This document shows, one piece after another, positions 27,100-41,309 of a stretch of DNA of 64,000 nucleotides. The position numbers were made by a program, and so were the translations under genes. The notes beneath the pieces are model-generated. The model searched no databases. It was given only the letters and a program-made list of their open reading frames with translations, and was not told where the DNA came from. Source of the stretch: the human T2T-CHM13v2.0 reference genome, Homo sapiens; assembly GCF_009914755.1 (NCBI RefSeq), contig NC_060937.1. The stretch is one strand, 5' to 3'. Positions within the stretch are counted from its first letter, which is position 1. The number at the start of each line of letters is the position of its first letter.

Positions 27100-27430
27100 G
27101 CATAAGTTAGGAAGAGGCTAGGTTTGGCTGCAGTAATGAACAACAAGGGTTCATTTCTCTCAAACCCTGCATGTCCATTACAGGTTAGCTGCACCTCTAC
27201 TCCACGTGTTCCTCCCTTCAGGTCCCAGGCTGATGGAGTAGCCTCTGTGTGTTTGGGATGTTGTCAGTCATAATGGTGGACACAAAAGAGATTATGACAA
27301 ACCGTGTATTGTCTCCTACAATTTCTGCTCACAGAAGTGGACAACATCACTTCTTTCCACATTTCATTGACCAGAGCAAGTCATGTGACCAAGCCTGATT
27401 CAAAATAGGCTGGAGCAAGGAGGAGCAGCA
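27100..27430 (-). mobile_element. MLT1 (MLT1J/K-like) LTR fragment
   Basis: gctaggtttggctgcagtaatgaacaac...cacttctttccacatttcattgaccagagcaagtcatgtgacc. Confidence 0.55.
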
Positions 27431-27669
27431 AACATAAGTGAGTTTATAATATAATCTACCATACAAGGTAAACCAGAATTTAGGAATGAGCTCAAAGCCT
27501 GCATTTCATGTAACTGCCAAAGCTCACACAGGATTTGACCTTCCTTCCCAGAAGAAAGAGTTGACTCCCTTAACAGCATCGGGCTGGACCAATTCCTGGC
27601 TGTGGAAGCAGCATCCATCACAAACTGTTTTCATAGCAAATGAATAGTAAACATAGGGGTAGAACAAAC

Positions 27670-28305
27670 TACACTGCCACATACCATAGCCACTAGCAAT
27701 GTGTAGCTGTTAAGTTCTTGTGGCTATTTAGAATTGTGGTGTGCAGTAAGTATAAAATGTGCATCAGATTTCAAAGCCTTAGAAAAAATGTGAACAATGT
27801 TTTTCACTTGTTCCTCAACAACCAGAAAGTAAAATATCTTAATTTTTACATTAATTGCACATTGAAAGAATATTTGGATATATTGGCCTATTAATATACT
27901 AAATAAAGTATATTAATAAAATTAATTTCACTTTTCTTTTTTTTGAGACGGAGTCTCGCTCTGTTGCCCAGGCTGGAGTGCAGTGGCGTGATCTCTGCTC
28001 ACTGCAACATCTGCCTCCCAGGTTCAAGTGATTTCTCCTGTCTCACCCTCCTGAGTAGCTGGGATTACAGGTGCCTGCCACCACACCTATCTAATTTTTT
28101 TGTATTTTTAGTAGAGACAGGGTTTCACCATGTTGGCCAGGCTAGTTTTGAACTCTTGTCCTTAAGTGATCTGCCCGCTAGGATTACAGGCATGAGCCAC
28201 TGTGCCTGGCCCTCACCTTATTATTATTATTTTTCATTTAAAAATGTGGCCCCTAGAAAACTTAAAATTACATATGCAGCTCACATATTTTTATTGGACA
28301 GTGCT
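27670..28305. mobile_element. MER33-like hAT element split by an Alu
   Basis: atagccactagcaatgtgtagct...aaaattaatttca [Alu] aaaatgtggcccctagaaaacttaaaattacatatg...ttggacagtgct. Confidence 0.65.
27932..28211 (-). mobile_element. AluS with small internal deletion
   Basis: Alu sequence with T-tail on the left. Confidence 0.9.
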
Positions 28306-30849
28306 TTCCTAAAATGTAAGAACTTTTTTCTCTCCTCATGTGAAATAAAGGAAAGAAATAAAGAGCTCAGTGTATTAATAGAGTAACTCTTAGTCCTCTT
28401 ACTCTGTACTGCTTTGGTATGTTTTAGAATGCTTCTATGAAACTACTGCTGAAAACATCATTGGCGTTTGTTCAGTTTGGGAAGCTCAGGTGTGGTAGGG
28501 CCCAGGGAAGGAAGAGTACCTGCAGGGAGACCAGCCAATACTGAGAGCAAAGTGGGGGCTACCACCCTTCCTTTTGTGAATTATTAAGTAAGAATAAACA
28601 CTTACCAGCAGATGAATTACAGGATAGAGATGAACACTCATCAGTAGTGTGAGGCCCCATAGCTTCTCTGATCTCTCTCACTAGAGAATATTAAGAGGTA
28701 TACCCATTCTAGTTCAAGAAGGAAGAGCCTTCTACAACTGGCTTACATGAGTAAGGAAAGGCTATAATTAGATTTGTGTGGAGAATGTATGGGGCTGAGG
28801 TGGGGGTAGCCAAGAAAGATACAATGGGGAGTGGTAGAAGAAGGAAACAATTAGGAGAATATTGTAATGGTCCATGTGAGATGTTGGAAGTTTGAACTAG
28901 AGTGTTAATGGTGTTGATCTTTTCAAAGTTGTTAAAAAAACAACTATTCAGCTCTATCATTTGAAGATCTGCTTTCAGCCACCATTCTTTCCTTTTCTCT
29001 TTATAGGCAAGCAAGAGTTGTTTGTACTCATTGTCCCAGGTTCCTCTCTTCCATCACTCCAGTTCAGTATGAACTAGCTTCTGTCTCTATCATTTTACCA
29101 AAACACTTCTTGCCAAGGTTATCAGTGACTTGCTTTTCGCTGACATTGACCAAATGTAGTATCCACATTTAGTCTTGTGTTATTTGATCAAATATAACAT
29201 TTGACAACATTGTTCACGTGTTTTTTTCTTGAAACACTTTTTTCCCTGCTATTTTTATTGCATCACAATCTTCTTGGGTTTTTCCCCCTGATTTTTCTGA
29301 ATACTGTAATGTATCCTTCTTGAACTTCAACCACACTTCATATGGATGTGCCTTGGAATTCCTGTTGGTCTTTTTTCAATCTAAACATGATCCCCAACCC
29401 ATCTTATCTATTTTTACTATTTCAACTCCTATATCCATGCTGATGTTTCCCAAAGGTCATTACTTGGATGTCTTCTAGGCATCTCAAATCAGTCTCTAAA
29501 ACTAAACTCATTATCTTCACTAACCAATTTTGCCCCTTTCCTGTGATATGTAACTCATAGAAAGCCACCATCATCCAATTGCTCAAGTCAAAAATCTAAG
29601 TATCATCCTTCTCCTTTTACCACTATCCAATTAATATCCCAATGAATATCTATTGAGTCTTCCTCCTAGGCATACCTAGAATCTACTCATTGTCATTCAA
29701 CCCAGATGATACACTGCAGCCAAAGAAATCCATTAAAGCCCCCTCTAATCATGTAAACCCTTATTGGCTCCCCGTATCCCAGGCTAAAGTACAAATTTAT
29801 TAATTGTAATACTTAATTGAAATTAACTGTGTTTTATGGTATTAAGCACTGTTCTAAATGCTTTACATTTATTTATTCTCACAATTTAGCATTCCCAGTT
29901 TACAGCTGAGGAAATTAAGCTTCAAGTTGCCCAAGTTTATAGAATGAGTCAATGGCAGAGGTTGAACTCAGGTCAGTAATCAACACCACATCCTTAACCA
30001 CATGCTTTCTTACATCTTTCATTAATTGACACCTGCCTAGTTCTTAAGCTTCTCCCATTCTCCACTTTTTACATTCTACAATGGTGCCATACCATGTATC
30101 TGCAGTTCCCAGAACAGTACCGCATTATGCAATAGATGAACTGGTATATGCTGAATAAATCATCAACACAGAGGCATGAATATATTTTTAGAGTATTTAT
30201 TATTTTTTAAATGATGAGAACATTGGAAAAATCAGAAAGACTTCCCTACATGTAGTTTTATAGTTAGCATTATTTTTATTTTGAATTTCAAGTGGGAAAG
30301 CACTATAATATTTTGGTGCATAGAGCCTGTAAATTCCTTAATCTATTTCTACAAACAAGCCATGGTGTCCGTCATTGTACTCTTTGCACAAAGAGCCCCT
30401 TCGGTTTAGAACATTTACCATGCCCAACCCTATCCTTCATCTAACTCCAGGACTTACCTTAAAAGTCGCTTTCTCCGGGAAACCTTCCCTGACTGGGCTG
30501 AGTGTTCACAGTGTTTATCCCTGTTACAATTACATCACGTTGTATTGTTAAAAGATTAGGTTCCTTGAAGGCAAAAGCTTTTTTTACCCACTGTTTTATT
30601 CCCCAAATCTAACATAGAATAGATAATACATTTTTCAACAGTCATTTATCACTTTTTTCCTACATTATAATTACCATTTTTGAAATGTTGATTGACACTT
30701 GTCTGACTCTCAAGGTGCCATGAAGTGAAACATTAGTCCACAAGAAAGGCTGTTTTTTTTTTAATGGTCTTTCTTTGATATTTGTAAATCTCCCATAGAA
30801 AGAGGAAAAGATAAAATGAACTAGTTTTTAAAAAAGTATTAACAGGGTT

Positions 30850-31146
30850 GTTTTTTTTTTTTTTTTCTGAGGCGGAGTCTCGCTCTGTCGCCCAGGCTGG
30901 AGTGCAGTGGCGCCATCTCGGCTCACTGCAAGCTCCGCCTCCTCGGTTCACGCCATTCTGCCTCAGCCTCCTGAGTAGCTGGGACTATAGGCGCCCGCCA
31001 CCACGACCGGCTAATTTTTTGTATTTTTAGTAGAGACGGGGTTTCACCGTGTTAGCCAGGATGCTCTCGATTTTCTGATCTCGTGATCCGCCCGCCTCGG
31101 CCTCCCAAAGTGCTGGGATTACAGGCGTGAGCCACCGCGCCCGGCC
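30850..31146 (-). mobile_element. AluY
   Basis: Y diagnostics gcaagctccgcc, ttcacgccattc, accgtgttagccaggatg; CpGs retained. Confidence 0.95.
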
Positions 31147-31278
31147 CAGGGTTTTTGTTTGTTTTGCATTTTAAGGAGCTAGAAAGGTAGAGGAGGCTAA
31201 ACGCCATCTACATCTCAGGGTTTTTGTTTGTTTTGCATTTTAAGGAGCTAGAAAGGTAGAGGAGGCTAAAAGCCATCT
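31147..31278. repeat. 63-bp direct duplication (62/63 identical)
   Basis: Copies at 31147-31209 and 31216-31278 with junction acatct. Confidence 0.95.
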
Positions 31279-31349
31279 CTACTCATATTTCCAAACACCT
31301 GGTATTACAGTAATGTCCTCTCTCACAGTTTGTTCACACTTCCCATATT

Positions 31350-31680
31350 CAGGGCTTTGAGTAGTGTCCTCCCACACTGATTCTGGATTTGTCCAAGTGA
31401 TTTACTTTGCTAGTGAGATTAAGGTAAATATGATGAGATAAAAATAAATGTGATGCAAGAAACAACTTGAAAAGTGCTTGAATGCTGAGGCTGCCATGTG
31501 ATGAGGTCCCAGTAAGATCCAGCCTGACAACCACCAGGCATGTGAGTGAGACCATCCTAAACCAACCAACTTGCACAGCTAGTGCAAACCAAAAGAACTC
31601 CCCAGCAACTCACAGAATGGTGACAAGTAATAAATGTTTTTAAGCCGCTAAGCCTGGGGTAGTGAACATTGATACAATGC
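31350..31680 (+). mobile_element. MLT1-type LTR fragment
   Basis: ccaccaggcatgtgagtgagaccatc...cacagaatggtgacaagtaataaatgtttttaagccgctaag. Confidence 0.6.
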
Positions 31681-32341
31681 CTAACACACACTGAGGCTCA
31701 TGACCTCTATTGACATATATTTTTCTTATAACATAGCTTGTAGTTCCATTCATTCAACCAATATCCGTAGTCGATTTACTTATATAAGAAGAAATTCTTT
31801 TTTTAAAAATGAAATTAAAGTAACTCATTGCATCAAAGGAAATGCTGAATAGGCTTCCAAGGCACCAGCAACCATAAAATCTCTAGGAATCAGAGCTGCC
31901 AAAACTTGTTCAGTCATGGACTTTTTCTATAGAATGCTCCTGCATTCAGCTTACTCAGTAACAATCACCCACCCTGGGTGTTGAGATACAAATTATCAAA
32001 ATAGAGAATCTAATTGACTTTGCTTAAGTGTATGCCTATCACTGAGTAAGGAAGAGGGATTTATTACAAATAGAAGTTGGGAGATCACTTGGCATGCTAA
32101 AAGTTGTGACTCTAATAAAGATAATACTTTAACAAGAACTAGATTCTAATTCTTTTTCTTCAATAAACTAATAACTTTTTGCATGTAATTTTCCAGAAGG
32201 TAGATATTAATTTATGAGATGGAGAGCTGTATGTTTGAAAGACAAATTCAAATCACAAACAAACATACAAGTACACAAAACATCAAAACAAACCTAGTGC
32301 AAATTATCATTATATAAGACTTTCTGGAGGCTGAAAAACAA

Positions 32342-32418
32342 TAATGATCTTATAAGGTCTTATAAGGTCTTGTAAGGTCTTGTAATGATCTTGTAAGGTC
32401 TTATAAGATCTTATAAGG
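32342..32418. repeat. 10/11-bp tandem repeat (TATAAGGTCT variants, ~7 copies)
   Basis: Seen directly; ends in the 18-bp palindrome CTTATAAGATCTTATAAG (32400-32417). Confidence 0.9.
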
Positions 32419-32844
32419 GTTTTTCCATCAATTTCAGATTCTTTAGATTCACACCGTGTTCTATTTCCTCTTGAGTTTCCCTAACCCCTACAGCCTCTAC
32501 TCCCTTCTCCTTCTTGTGACCTCTTCTAATACTTAACTGACCAGCTACTTCTTTATATGAATTTTTTTTGCCAAGTAAGTTTTAATCTGCTTCAGATAAG
32601 AATTCAGTTTTTATTTTTTTGTATCCTTTTATACAAAAAAATATGATTTTTTATACGATTAGTATTTTATTCAATAACTGTTTAAAAGTATAGAAACTGA
32701 ATAGGAATTTAAGAATAACCTAATTCAGTATCTTCATATTTACAGATGACAAAATTGGGGTCTGGACGTGTGCAAGGACTTTTCCAAAGTCAGCTGGAAA
32801 GGTAATAGAAGACACAAGTTACCTGCTGTAAGATCCAGGGCCGG

Positions 32845-32930
32845 ATTCAATTCAGGCTTTGTTAATTGACAGAATGTGATAGCTATTTAATTCAGGCTTT
32901 GTTAATTGACAGTGCAATAGCTATTTAATT
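32845..32930. repeat. ~40-bp tandem duplication
   Basis: aattcaggctttgttaattgacag occurs twice, 40 bp apart. Confidence 0.9.
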
Positions 32931-33448
32931 AAAAGTAGACTGAAATAAAATGCTAAAATAAAAAAGCTAACCACAAAATAGCGATATTAAATCACATTAT
33001 TATTTATGCATTAGTTCATTTCCTCAATATTTGGACTACAAATATATGAATATATCAACAAAAAATTTAAAATGGAATGTCTCTAATAAAGGATACAAAT
33101 AATAGATACAAACGGCCTTGGACATTTTGGTAATTATGATTTGATAGGTATGAGACCAAAATGCACAAGGCTGTTGGTCCTCCTCCTTTTTTAAGTATAT
33201 TTTGCCATTAATTTAAAGTTAGGAGAAAGTTTTAAAAGGTTTATAGATGGCCCAAAGGCATGAATACGAGAAATGTTGGCCTTTGTTTGTGCTTTTTCAT
33301 GAAAAATACTTAAACCGAAAAGGAAAGAAATTATTACATGAGATTTGTTGTTCTTTCATTTTCTCAAATAATGGATGTCTTTAAAACATTTTCACCTAAT
33401 TTTAGTGACTTTGTTTTTTTTTTTTTGGCAATAATATAAGATTACTGT

Positions 33449-33451
<3 letters not shown>

Positions 33452-33488
<37 letters not shown>
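33452..33488. repeat. (GT)n(TA)n microsatellite
   Basis: Seen directly. Confidence 0.95.
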
Positions 33489-33875
33489 AAATACAGAAGA
33501 TTCTTGAAAAATGGCAACTTAGCCATAACTCCCTTTCCCTCTCTTCCATCTCTAAGACATTTGCCTCCCTTGAGCCAAATCCTTGCCAAGGCCTATAGGA
33601 AGGTAGGAGAAGGTGGGACCTTGACCTGTGTTGGGGACTCTGCTATGGGAAGTAGGTTCACGACTTGCTCCCCCGTGGACTAAGCAAACAAATGAAGAAC
33701 AGTGGTATTGGTGGCTTCTGAACTTCTTAATCCTGAATAGTTTGGTTTTCACAGATCTCTGGGAAGACACCCTCCCTTCAACAAAGTTGGTATAGCACCA
33801 TATGAGAGAGTCTTAGATTTCATTGACTCCCAAAAGTCCAAGAAGTTTAATGGGGATAATGAGTCTTCCCTGCTT

Positions 33876-34383
33876 ATATTAGTTATCTGTTGCCATCTAA
33901 TGAATTACTCCAAACCTTAGGGGCTTACTTAAAGCAACAAACGTTCATTACATCACAGTTTCTGTGTGTTATGATTGCAGGAGCTGCTTAGCTGAGAGGT
34001 TCTGGCTCCAGAGTCTCCTGTGAAGTTGCAGTCAAGATGTCTGCTGGGACCCCAGTCATTTGAAGCCCTGTCTGGGGCAGGAGAATCTAGGTCCAAAATG
34101 GCCGTTGCAGGAGTCCTTATCCACACCATGTGGGACCTCTTCATAGATGTTCGAGTGTCCTCATGGCATGGCCACTGGCTTTCCCCAAAGTAAGCAGTCC
34201 AAAAGAGGGTAAGACAGAGCCCACACTGTCTTTTATGAATTAGCCTTAGAAGTCTAACACGGTTACTTCCACCACATTCATTAGTCGTTAGGTACAGCTC
34301 ACATTCATGGGGAGGAAAATCAGGGCCTGTCTTTAGATAGGAGATGTATCAAAGAATTTGTGGACATATTTTAAAATCACAGC
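33876..34383 (-). mobile_element. MLT1F-like MaLR solo LTR
   Basis: tatattagttatctgttgcc...cacagtttctgtg...aagaatttgtggacatattttaaaa. Confidence 0.7.
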
Positions 34384-34478
34384 ACTACTCTTGATGTACT
34401 AAGTCAGTGACTCCCCCAGGAGTCTCACAGAGAATTGACTCCTTGCCCACCTATACTACCTTTGTGGGTAGAGACTCC

Positions 34479-35095
34479 AGTAGTGTGCTGGTTAATGTTC
34501 AACCAGTGGCTTTCTAGAAAACAAAATGTATGGATACATATATATGTTCTAAGTTTTACTGATATGAAGAATGTGTAGCACAGAATTTATAAATAATAAA
34601 ATATACAGTATTATTTATTGTAAATTCCATAAAACCTGTTGTTTTTCACAAAAGGTTTTAGTTTATTTTTCCCAAATGCTTGTATTGGTAACATTTTCTG
34701 TATTACCTTTTTATGTCCAGACAATCAACAAAACTGAAAAAGCCCAGCCTTGTAGCATTTGCCAGTTATTGTGTAAATGTCCCCACTATGGTGGATTTCA
34801 GGTTACCACTATGATATCACAGAATGCAGAATTGGAAGGAGATTCACAGCAGCACCCCATTATACTATATTTTCACCATACAGATGCAGTCGATGTAAAT
34901 TACCTGAGGAGCATAAATAATAATAAAATGAAGTTAAATAATTCGGAAATGATTTTGAAAATTGTGTTGGTTTTTAATGTAAGTTTATATGTCAGCTTTA
35001 ATAAAATCTGTCTTTAACAACTAGCTTGAAGAATTCTTGAAAAATTAATAATCAGCTCTCATAGGCTAGTGACAACTGGCTTCAGTGCACCCCTG
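34479..35095. mobile_element. MER63-like hAT-Blackjack DNA transposon
   Basis: TIR-like ends cagtagtgtgctgg / tcagtgcacccctg. Confidence 0.7.
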
Positions 35096-35563
35096 ACTAG
35101 AAACACCTTTGCTTTCCACCACATGTGGAATTCCCAGTATTTCAACAATCAGAATTGAGCTTATGAGCCAACCAAGAAAAATAACATCTTATATAAGAGA
35201 CAGCAATTTGAGAGAGGAATATCAGTCAGAAGAAACAAGGGGAAAGTCGAACTTGTAAAAGAGAGATGAAAATTTGAATTTTTTTAAAGGCATCCTTAAG
35301 CATATTTAAGTACAACACAAAAAGTTAAAGAATTTAGTAGATAAATAGAAAGATGAGATGATTACCACTGAGACACAGATCAATGATCTGGAAGATAAAA
35401 ACAAATCATAAAAATAAAAGTATCTTGAAATTTTGCAAAGTACATCATAAATCAATGCATCAGAGATTATGTGTCATGACAAAAAAATTTATACTCAGAA
35501 TGATATGTCACTGCTTACTATGCAAATATTTTCTATTTCTCCTAGCTTCAAACTATGCATATG

Positions 35564-35833
35564 GGCCAGGCGCGGTAGCTCATGCCTGTAATCCCAACAC
35601 TTTGGAAGGTCAAGGTGGGCAGATCATTTGAGGCCAGGAGTTTGAGACCAGCCTGGCCAACATGGTGAAACTCCGTCTCTACTAAAAAATACAAAATAAT
35701 TAGCTGGGTGTCGTGGAGCATACCTGTAATCCCAGCTGCTCCGGAGGCTGAGGCACGAGAATCGTCTGAACCCAGGTGATTCTGCACTCTACTTGGGCTC
35801 TGTCTCAAAACAACAACAACAGCAACAACAAAA
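35564..35833 (+). mobile_element. AluSz-like with right-arm deletion and (CAA)n tail
   Basis: Alu sequence; TSD-like aaactatg/aaactgtg. Confidence 0.9.
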
Positions 35834-36509
35834 ACTGTGGTATTTTTAATGAACTAAATATTAATCTACTAACACAGCATAGGTTTTATGATTACTGCAA
35901 TTCAAAAGTCATAATAAATTTTAAAACAAATCCTCCTGTACCTGTTGTGGTGCATGCAGAAACTTTTCCTGTTCAACACACTTATATGGCACTATATAGG
36001 GATATACCAAATAGCTCAGGTACATAGTGAATACAACTTTAACACTTATATTGAAATGCTAATCTTACTTGCCAATATTAGTGGCACATTAGCATAATTT
36101 AACTTTTATAAAATTATGGAAAACAGTTTAAAATTATTCTCCCTAATATTAGCAAATTGCATTAATGGCATGTACCGTGTGCCAGTTTGTTTCCAAATAA
36201 ACAAAATGTACCTTGATATGCCACTTCAGAGCCAGCAGAGGGAGCTCATACTTTTTTATTGTTTTCAACTTACTGAAGAAAATTTGCTTTTAAAAGCTAC
36301 TGTGTTATAACCAATGAGAACCAAGAAAAAGGAAAAAAAAAAAAAAGCTACTGGATTCTGAAAAATAATGTAGTTGTTATTTAAATAATAAAAATGTATT
36401 AGTAAACAAAAAAGTCATACTTTAGGTTGAAATAATAAATCAATTCTAAATAAAAAGATATTAATGATATTTTATGTAAAAATGTCAATTAAAACTACAT
36501 AATTTCAAG

Positions 36510-36837
36510 GTTTTTTTTTTCTTTTTCTTTTATTATAATTTTTTTAGAGACAAGAGTGTCGCTCTGTCACCCAGGCTGGAGTGCAGTGATGTGATCATAG
36601 CTCACTGCAACCTCAAACTCCTGGGGTAAAGCAATCCTCCTGCCTTAGCTTTCTAAGCAGCTAGGACTACAGATGCATTCCACTATGCCTGGCTAATTTT
36701 AAAATTTTTTTGTAGAGACAGGGTCTTGCTATGTTGCCCAGACTAGTCTCAAACTCCTGGCTTCAAACAATCCTCCCACCTCAGTCTCCTGAGTTGGGGT
36801 TACATGTGTGAGCCACTGCACTCATCTGCACTCAGCT
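36510..36837 (-). mobile_element. AluJ
   Basis: gatcatagctcactgcaacctcaaactcctggg; tcttgctatgttgcccag. Confidence 0.9.
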
Positions 36838-37080
36838 ATTCAATTTATTTTTCTAATAGCCTTTACTAAAAAAAAGAAATGTTTGTAACAGAGATTTCTG
36901 GGGTAAACTAAAATGGAAACCTTCCAGCTACAAGCATAAAACGTAACAGATAAAAAATGACAAATATGACACACTTCAAATTTAATTCTTACACATGAAA
37001 TTAAACACATAATTTAAATACATTCCCATTCACTCAATTCTCAGCCCTTCCAAAGACACAGATAAATGCCATTATTAGTT

Positions 37081-37473
<393 letters not shown>

Positions 37474-39326
37474 TAATCAAATTTTTCTTATGCAAAAACA
37501 GCATATCATATACACTATTCTGTATCCTGCTCTTTTTACTAATATATATTGGAAACATTCGCGTAAGTCTATAGCAGAGACCTTACTCCTTTTTTTTAGG
37601 CATGTGTAGTGTATAGCAGACAGATTGTAAGAATATATAATAATTGATCTATTCCCACTTAATAAATTTTTTTAGTTGTTTCCATTTTCAATTACAGAAA
37701 ATTCTCCAATAATGAACTTGTATATATTTGCCATTTTCTACATGTGAAGTCTATGTGTCTGAAGGATAAAGTCCCAAAAGTGGGATTGCTAGGTAAAAGG
37801 ACATAAGCATTTGTAATAATGATGGATATTGCCAAATTACTTACTATGAAAATTATAGCTACTTATACTCCCTCAGGAGCAATATGTCTATTTCCTCACG
37901 ATATTGCCAACTGAGTCTTATCTAACTTTTGATGTTTGCCAGTCTGATAGATGAAAAATGTGTCCTCTAAGTATAATGTACTATTCTTATTATGAGTGAG
38001 TTGAACATCTTTTGAATATGTCAAAGCCATTTGTATTTCCTTTCTGTTAACTTTCTGCTCATAGTTTCTGCTCACTTTTGGGATCCTTTCCTTGTTAATT
38101 TGTAGAAGGCCTTTATTGAGTAGGGAGATTAGCCCTTTGTGATATGTGTTGCCACTTTGTTAAGTCATTTGTCTTATGTTTTTTATTTGACATGCAGAAG
38201 TTTTCATATATACGTAGCCAAATTTATCAATTTTGTTTAATGCCTTTTAGATTTGGGGTCATAGAAAAGCCATCCCCACCCCCATATTATAAAGAACTCT
38301 CCCATGTTTTCTTCTAGTATTTTCTTGTTTTATTAAATTTTCATTGAAATATTTAGATTTGGACTTTATTCACAAATAAAGTACAGTGTGAGTTAAGGAT
38401 CCAATTCTGTTTTTCCAAATGGTTACCAAAATGTTCCAGTACCACCTATGTCAAATAGTAAGTTTTCTTATGCTTCTGATTCTATTTCTGTAGTTTTTAC
38501 TGTAATCATTGGTGCTTATATAATTTGTTTTATTGCTCTGTAATTCTGGGCCTTCTTCATTGCTCTTCCTTTTCAGAGCTTTCCTGGCTATTTGGCTGTT
38601 TATTTTTCCATATAAGTTTTAGGATCACACTGTGTACTGAAAACAAAGTTGATATTTGTTACTTGCTTTTTATTAGTATTTTAAATAAAATTTGTAAAAG
38701 TGTATATATATATAAAATACTAATTCTTTTCGATTTTTAAATGTCTTTCAGAGGCAATTTACAGTTGTTTATATACATATATTGCATTCTTTTTAGTTTT
38801 ATCTTTTTTGTTGCTATTATAAATTGGATTTTTAAAATTACATATTATATTGTAATATGTATATAAGAAAGCTCTTTATTTTCTACCTCACTACCCTACT
38901 GAATTTTTCTATTCTTATCTTGGATTTTCTATGTACTAATAGTAATACTAATAGTCATAGTTTTAAATTCTTTCCAATTTTGTACCTCAAATTTATTTCT
39001 CTTGTATTATTTATTTTTTCAGTAGCTAGAGTACAATAATAATTATAGCGATGAGAGTTGGCAGACTTGTCTTGTCCCTGGCTTTAATGAGAAATGATTG
39101 TAAAGTTTGATCATAATTATGATGCTAACTTTTGGTCAGGGATAAGTATAATTTTCATTTTAAGGAAATATCAATGGATTTATATTTCATTAAAATTTTT
39201 TAAATAATAAGTAGTTGTTGAATTTTGTCAAATGCCTGTTCACCATCTGTGGAAGTCATTATATGATTCAGGATTATATGATTTTTCATTGTATATGTAT
39301 TAATATTATATGTACTAATAAAGATC

Positions 39327-39776
39327 TGTGAAAGTTGTCAGAATCAAAATGGGAGTTATTTGTGTTAAAACCCTGACAAATGGAGTCAGGGAAGGCCATG
39401 AAGGGAGAGTTGTCATGCATGAATGCCTGACAACAAGAACTATCACAAAAGACTGCAAAAACCACAACCTTGCACAAAGGGCATTGCAATCTTACACACA
39501 AAAAAATACTTCTGTGAGGTTGTCTGCCCAGCAGCTGCCTGTCCAATCTCAGACTGGTGTCACTCTTGTTATCGATCCTTGTAGCCAAGGATAATTATCT
39601 CAAAACAATTATTTAATCCTCCTCATTTTTCCTTTAATAAAAAACCTTTTTCTTTTTTTAACTCCTTGAATACGCACATAGTTTACTGTGGCACATGTAT
39701 TCCCATTGCAATATCCATTCTCGAATAAATAGCATTTTTTTAAGGAGAGCCTCTCTCTATGTTATTTAGGTTGACA
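39327..39776 (+). mobile_element. ERV1 solo LTR (MER65-like) inside L1ME
   Basis: TGTGAAAGTTGTCAGAATCAAAATGG...AATAAA...GTTATTTAGGTTGACA. Confidence 0.75.
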
Positions 39777-41309
39777 ACTCTAATATTGAAGCTTTCTTGC
39801 ATTATTGGAATAAATCCCAAATGGCGATAGTTTTTTTTTTATTGCCATGCTGGGTTCTTTTTGATATCATTTGTTTAATATTTTGTACCGATATTCATAT
39901 AGATAAGTATACAGGTTTCTGTGCATTTTTTTTCAGATAGTGAATCAGTATTTACTCACTTTATAAAAATGAACTCAGTAGTTTTTTTTTTTCTTGCTCT
40001 GGAACATTTTAAAACAGCACTGGAATTATATGATCTTAAAAAGTTTAGTTAAATTCCCCTAGAGCTGTCTGGATCTGGGCCTTTTGAAGAGTTAGGTCTT
40101 TACTTCCTCTATTCTCCTATGGTAGTTGATCTCTTTAAAAGTTTTCTGTCTTCAGAGTTCAGCTTTCATAAGCAACTTTCCTAGAAAATTATACTTTTTT
40201 TTTCGGGTGTTCTAACATTTTGGTGTAGTTTTAAGCAAACTAGTCTCATGATTCTAAGTTCTTCTGTTTCTTACTTATTTTCCTCTTTATTTTATATTCT
40301 TTTTTTCTTGATTATCTTAGCTAGTTTACTTAACCGATTTTTCAAATTATTCTATAATTGTATTCTTCGGCTCTACTTTTTCTTTTAGCTTTCTAACTCA
40401 CCAATTTTTGTTTTTATCTGTGTTAATTCCTTTCTTCTGCTTTCCTTTGCTTATTTTGTAATTCCTTGTCAATCCTTTGAGTAAAATGCTTGATTTACTT
40501 ATTTTCATTTTTATTTCTATAACCATTAATGCTAGACATTTTTGTTCTCAGAATTGATGGGAAAATTGTTTTAAAATCCTAGTTAAGCTTGCAACAAAGT
40601 ACTATCCCACTAGTAACAGAAATGAAAAAGAAAATTCAAATCAGAGTCATAAGGGCATGAGCTGAGGCTTCTGGCAGCCATGGTAGAAAGGAGGGAATAT
40701 CTCATAAATCGAAACCTCAAGCCTTTACTTATGTAGGTTTTTAGTCTTTATTTATATTATCTGTGTATGTGTGTTATGAAAACTCATTCCAAAAAACTGG
40801 ACTAAAACTAGGTTGGTGATATATCTGGCCTGGATACTTCCAACACTTCAAAATCAGGACACAATGGAATTCCAACAGAGAGAATGTGATCCAACCAGGA
40901 TCACCTCCTAGTTTAAAAAATTACCTTGCTATAAATACAATAGACATTTAAAACAGCATAAAAAGAATCTTACCTCATGCCAAGATATTCAAAAATTTAG
41001 GTGAAAAGGACAATTTCCTAGAAAAAATAAGGAAAAATTAGAATTCTGAATAGAACTAGAACTGACTAAAAGATTGAATCCATAATTAGAAATCTATCCA
41101 CCAACTTACTCTCTGTGACACAAATGCAATGTATCCAATATCCACTTTACCCTCGATAAAATACCATCCTTCCATGGTAATGGAATGTTTAGCTGAGCAC
41201 ATTACACTTAATAAGTGTGACAAAAGAGTGAATAAGGCACTATGATATGTAGAAGTGTTATGATTATAGTTTTGTTGTCATTAACATGAGTTCCTTATTT
41301 GTTTATATT

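Noticed and set aside
31147-32930. Direct repeats as a CRISPR-like array
   Set aside because: Eukaryotic DNA; two-copy or tandem repeats without unique spacers and no cas genes.
34571-35017. 148-aa ORF as a transposase
   Set aside because: Inside a non-autonomous MER63-like relic; no recognisable hAT motifs.
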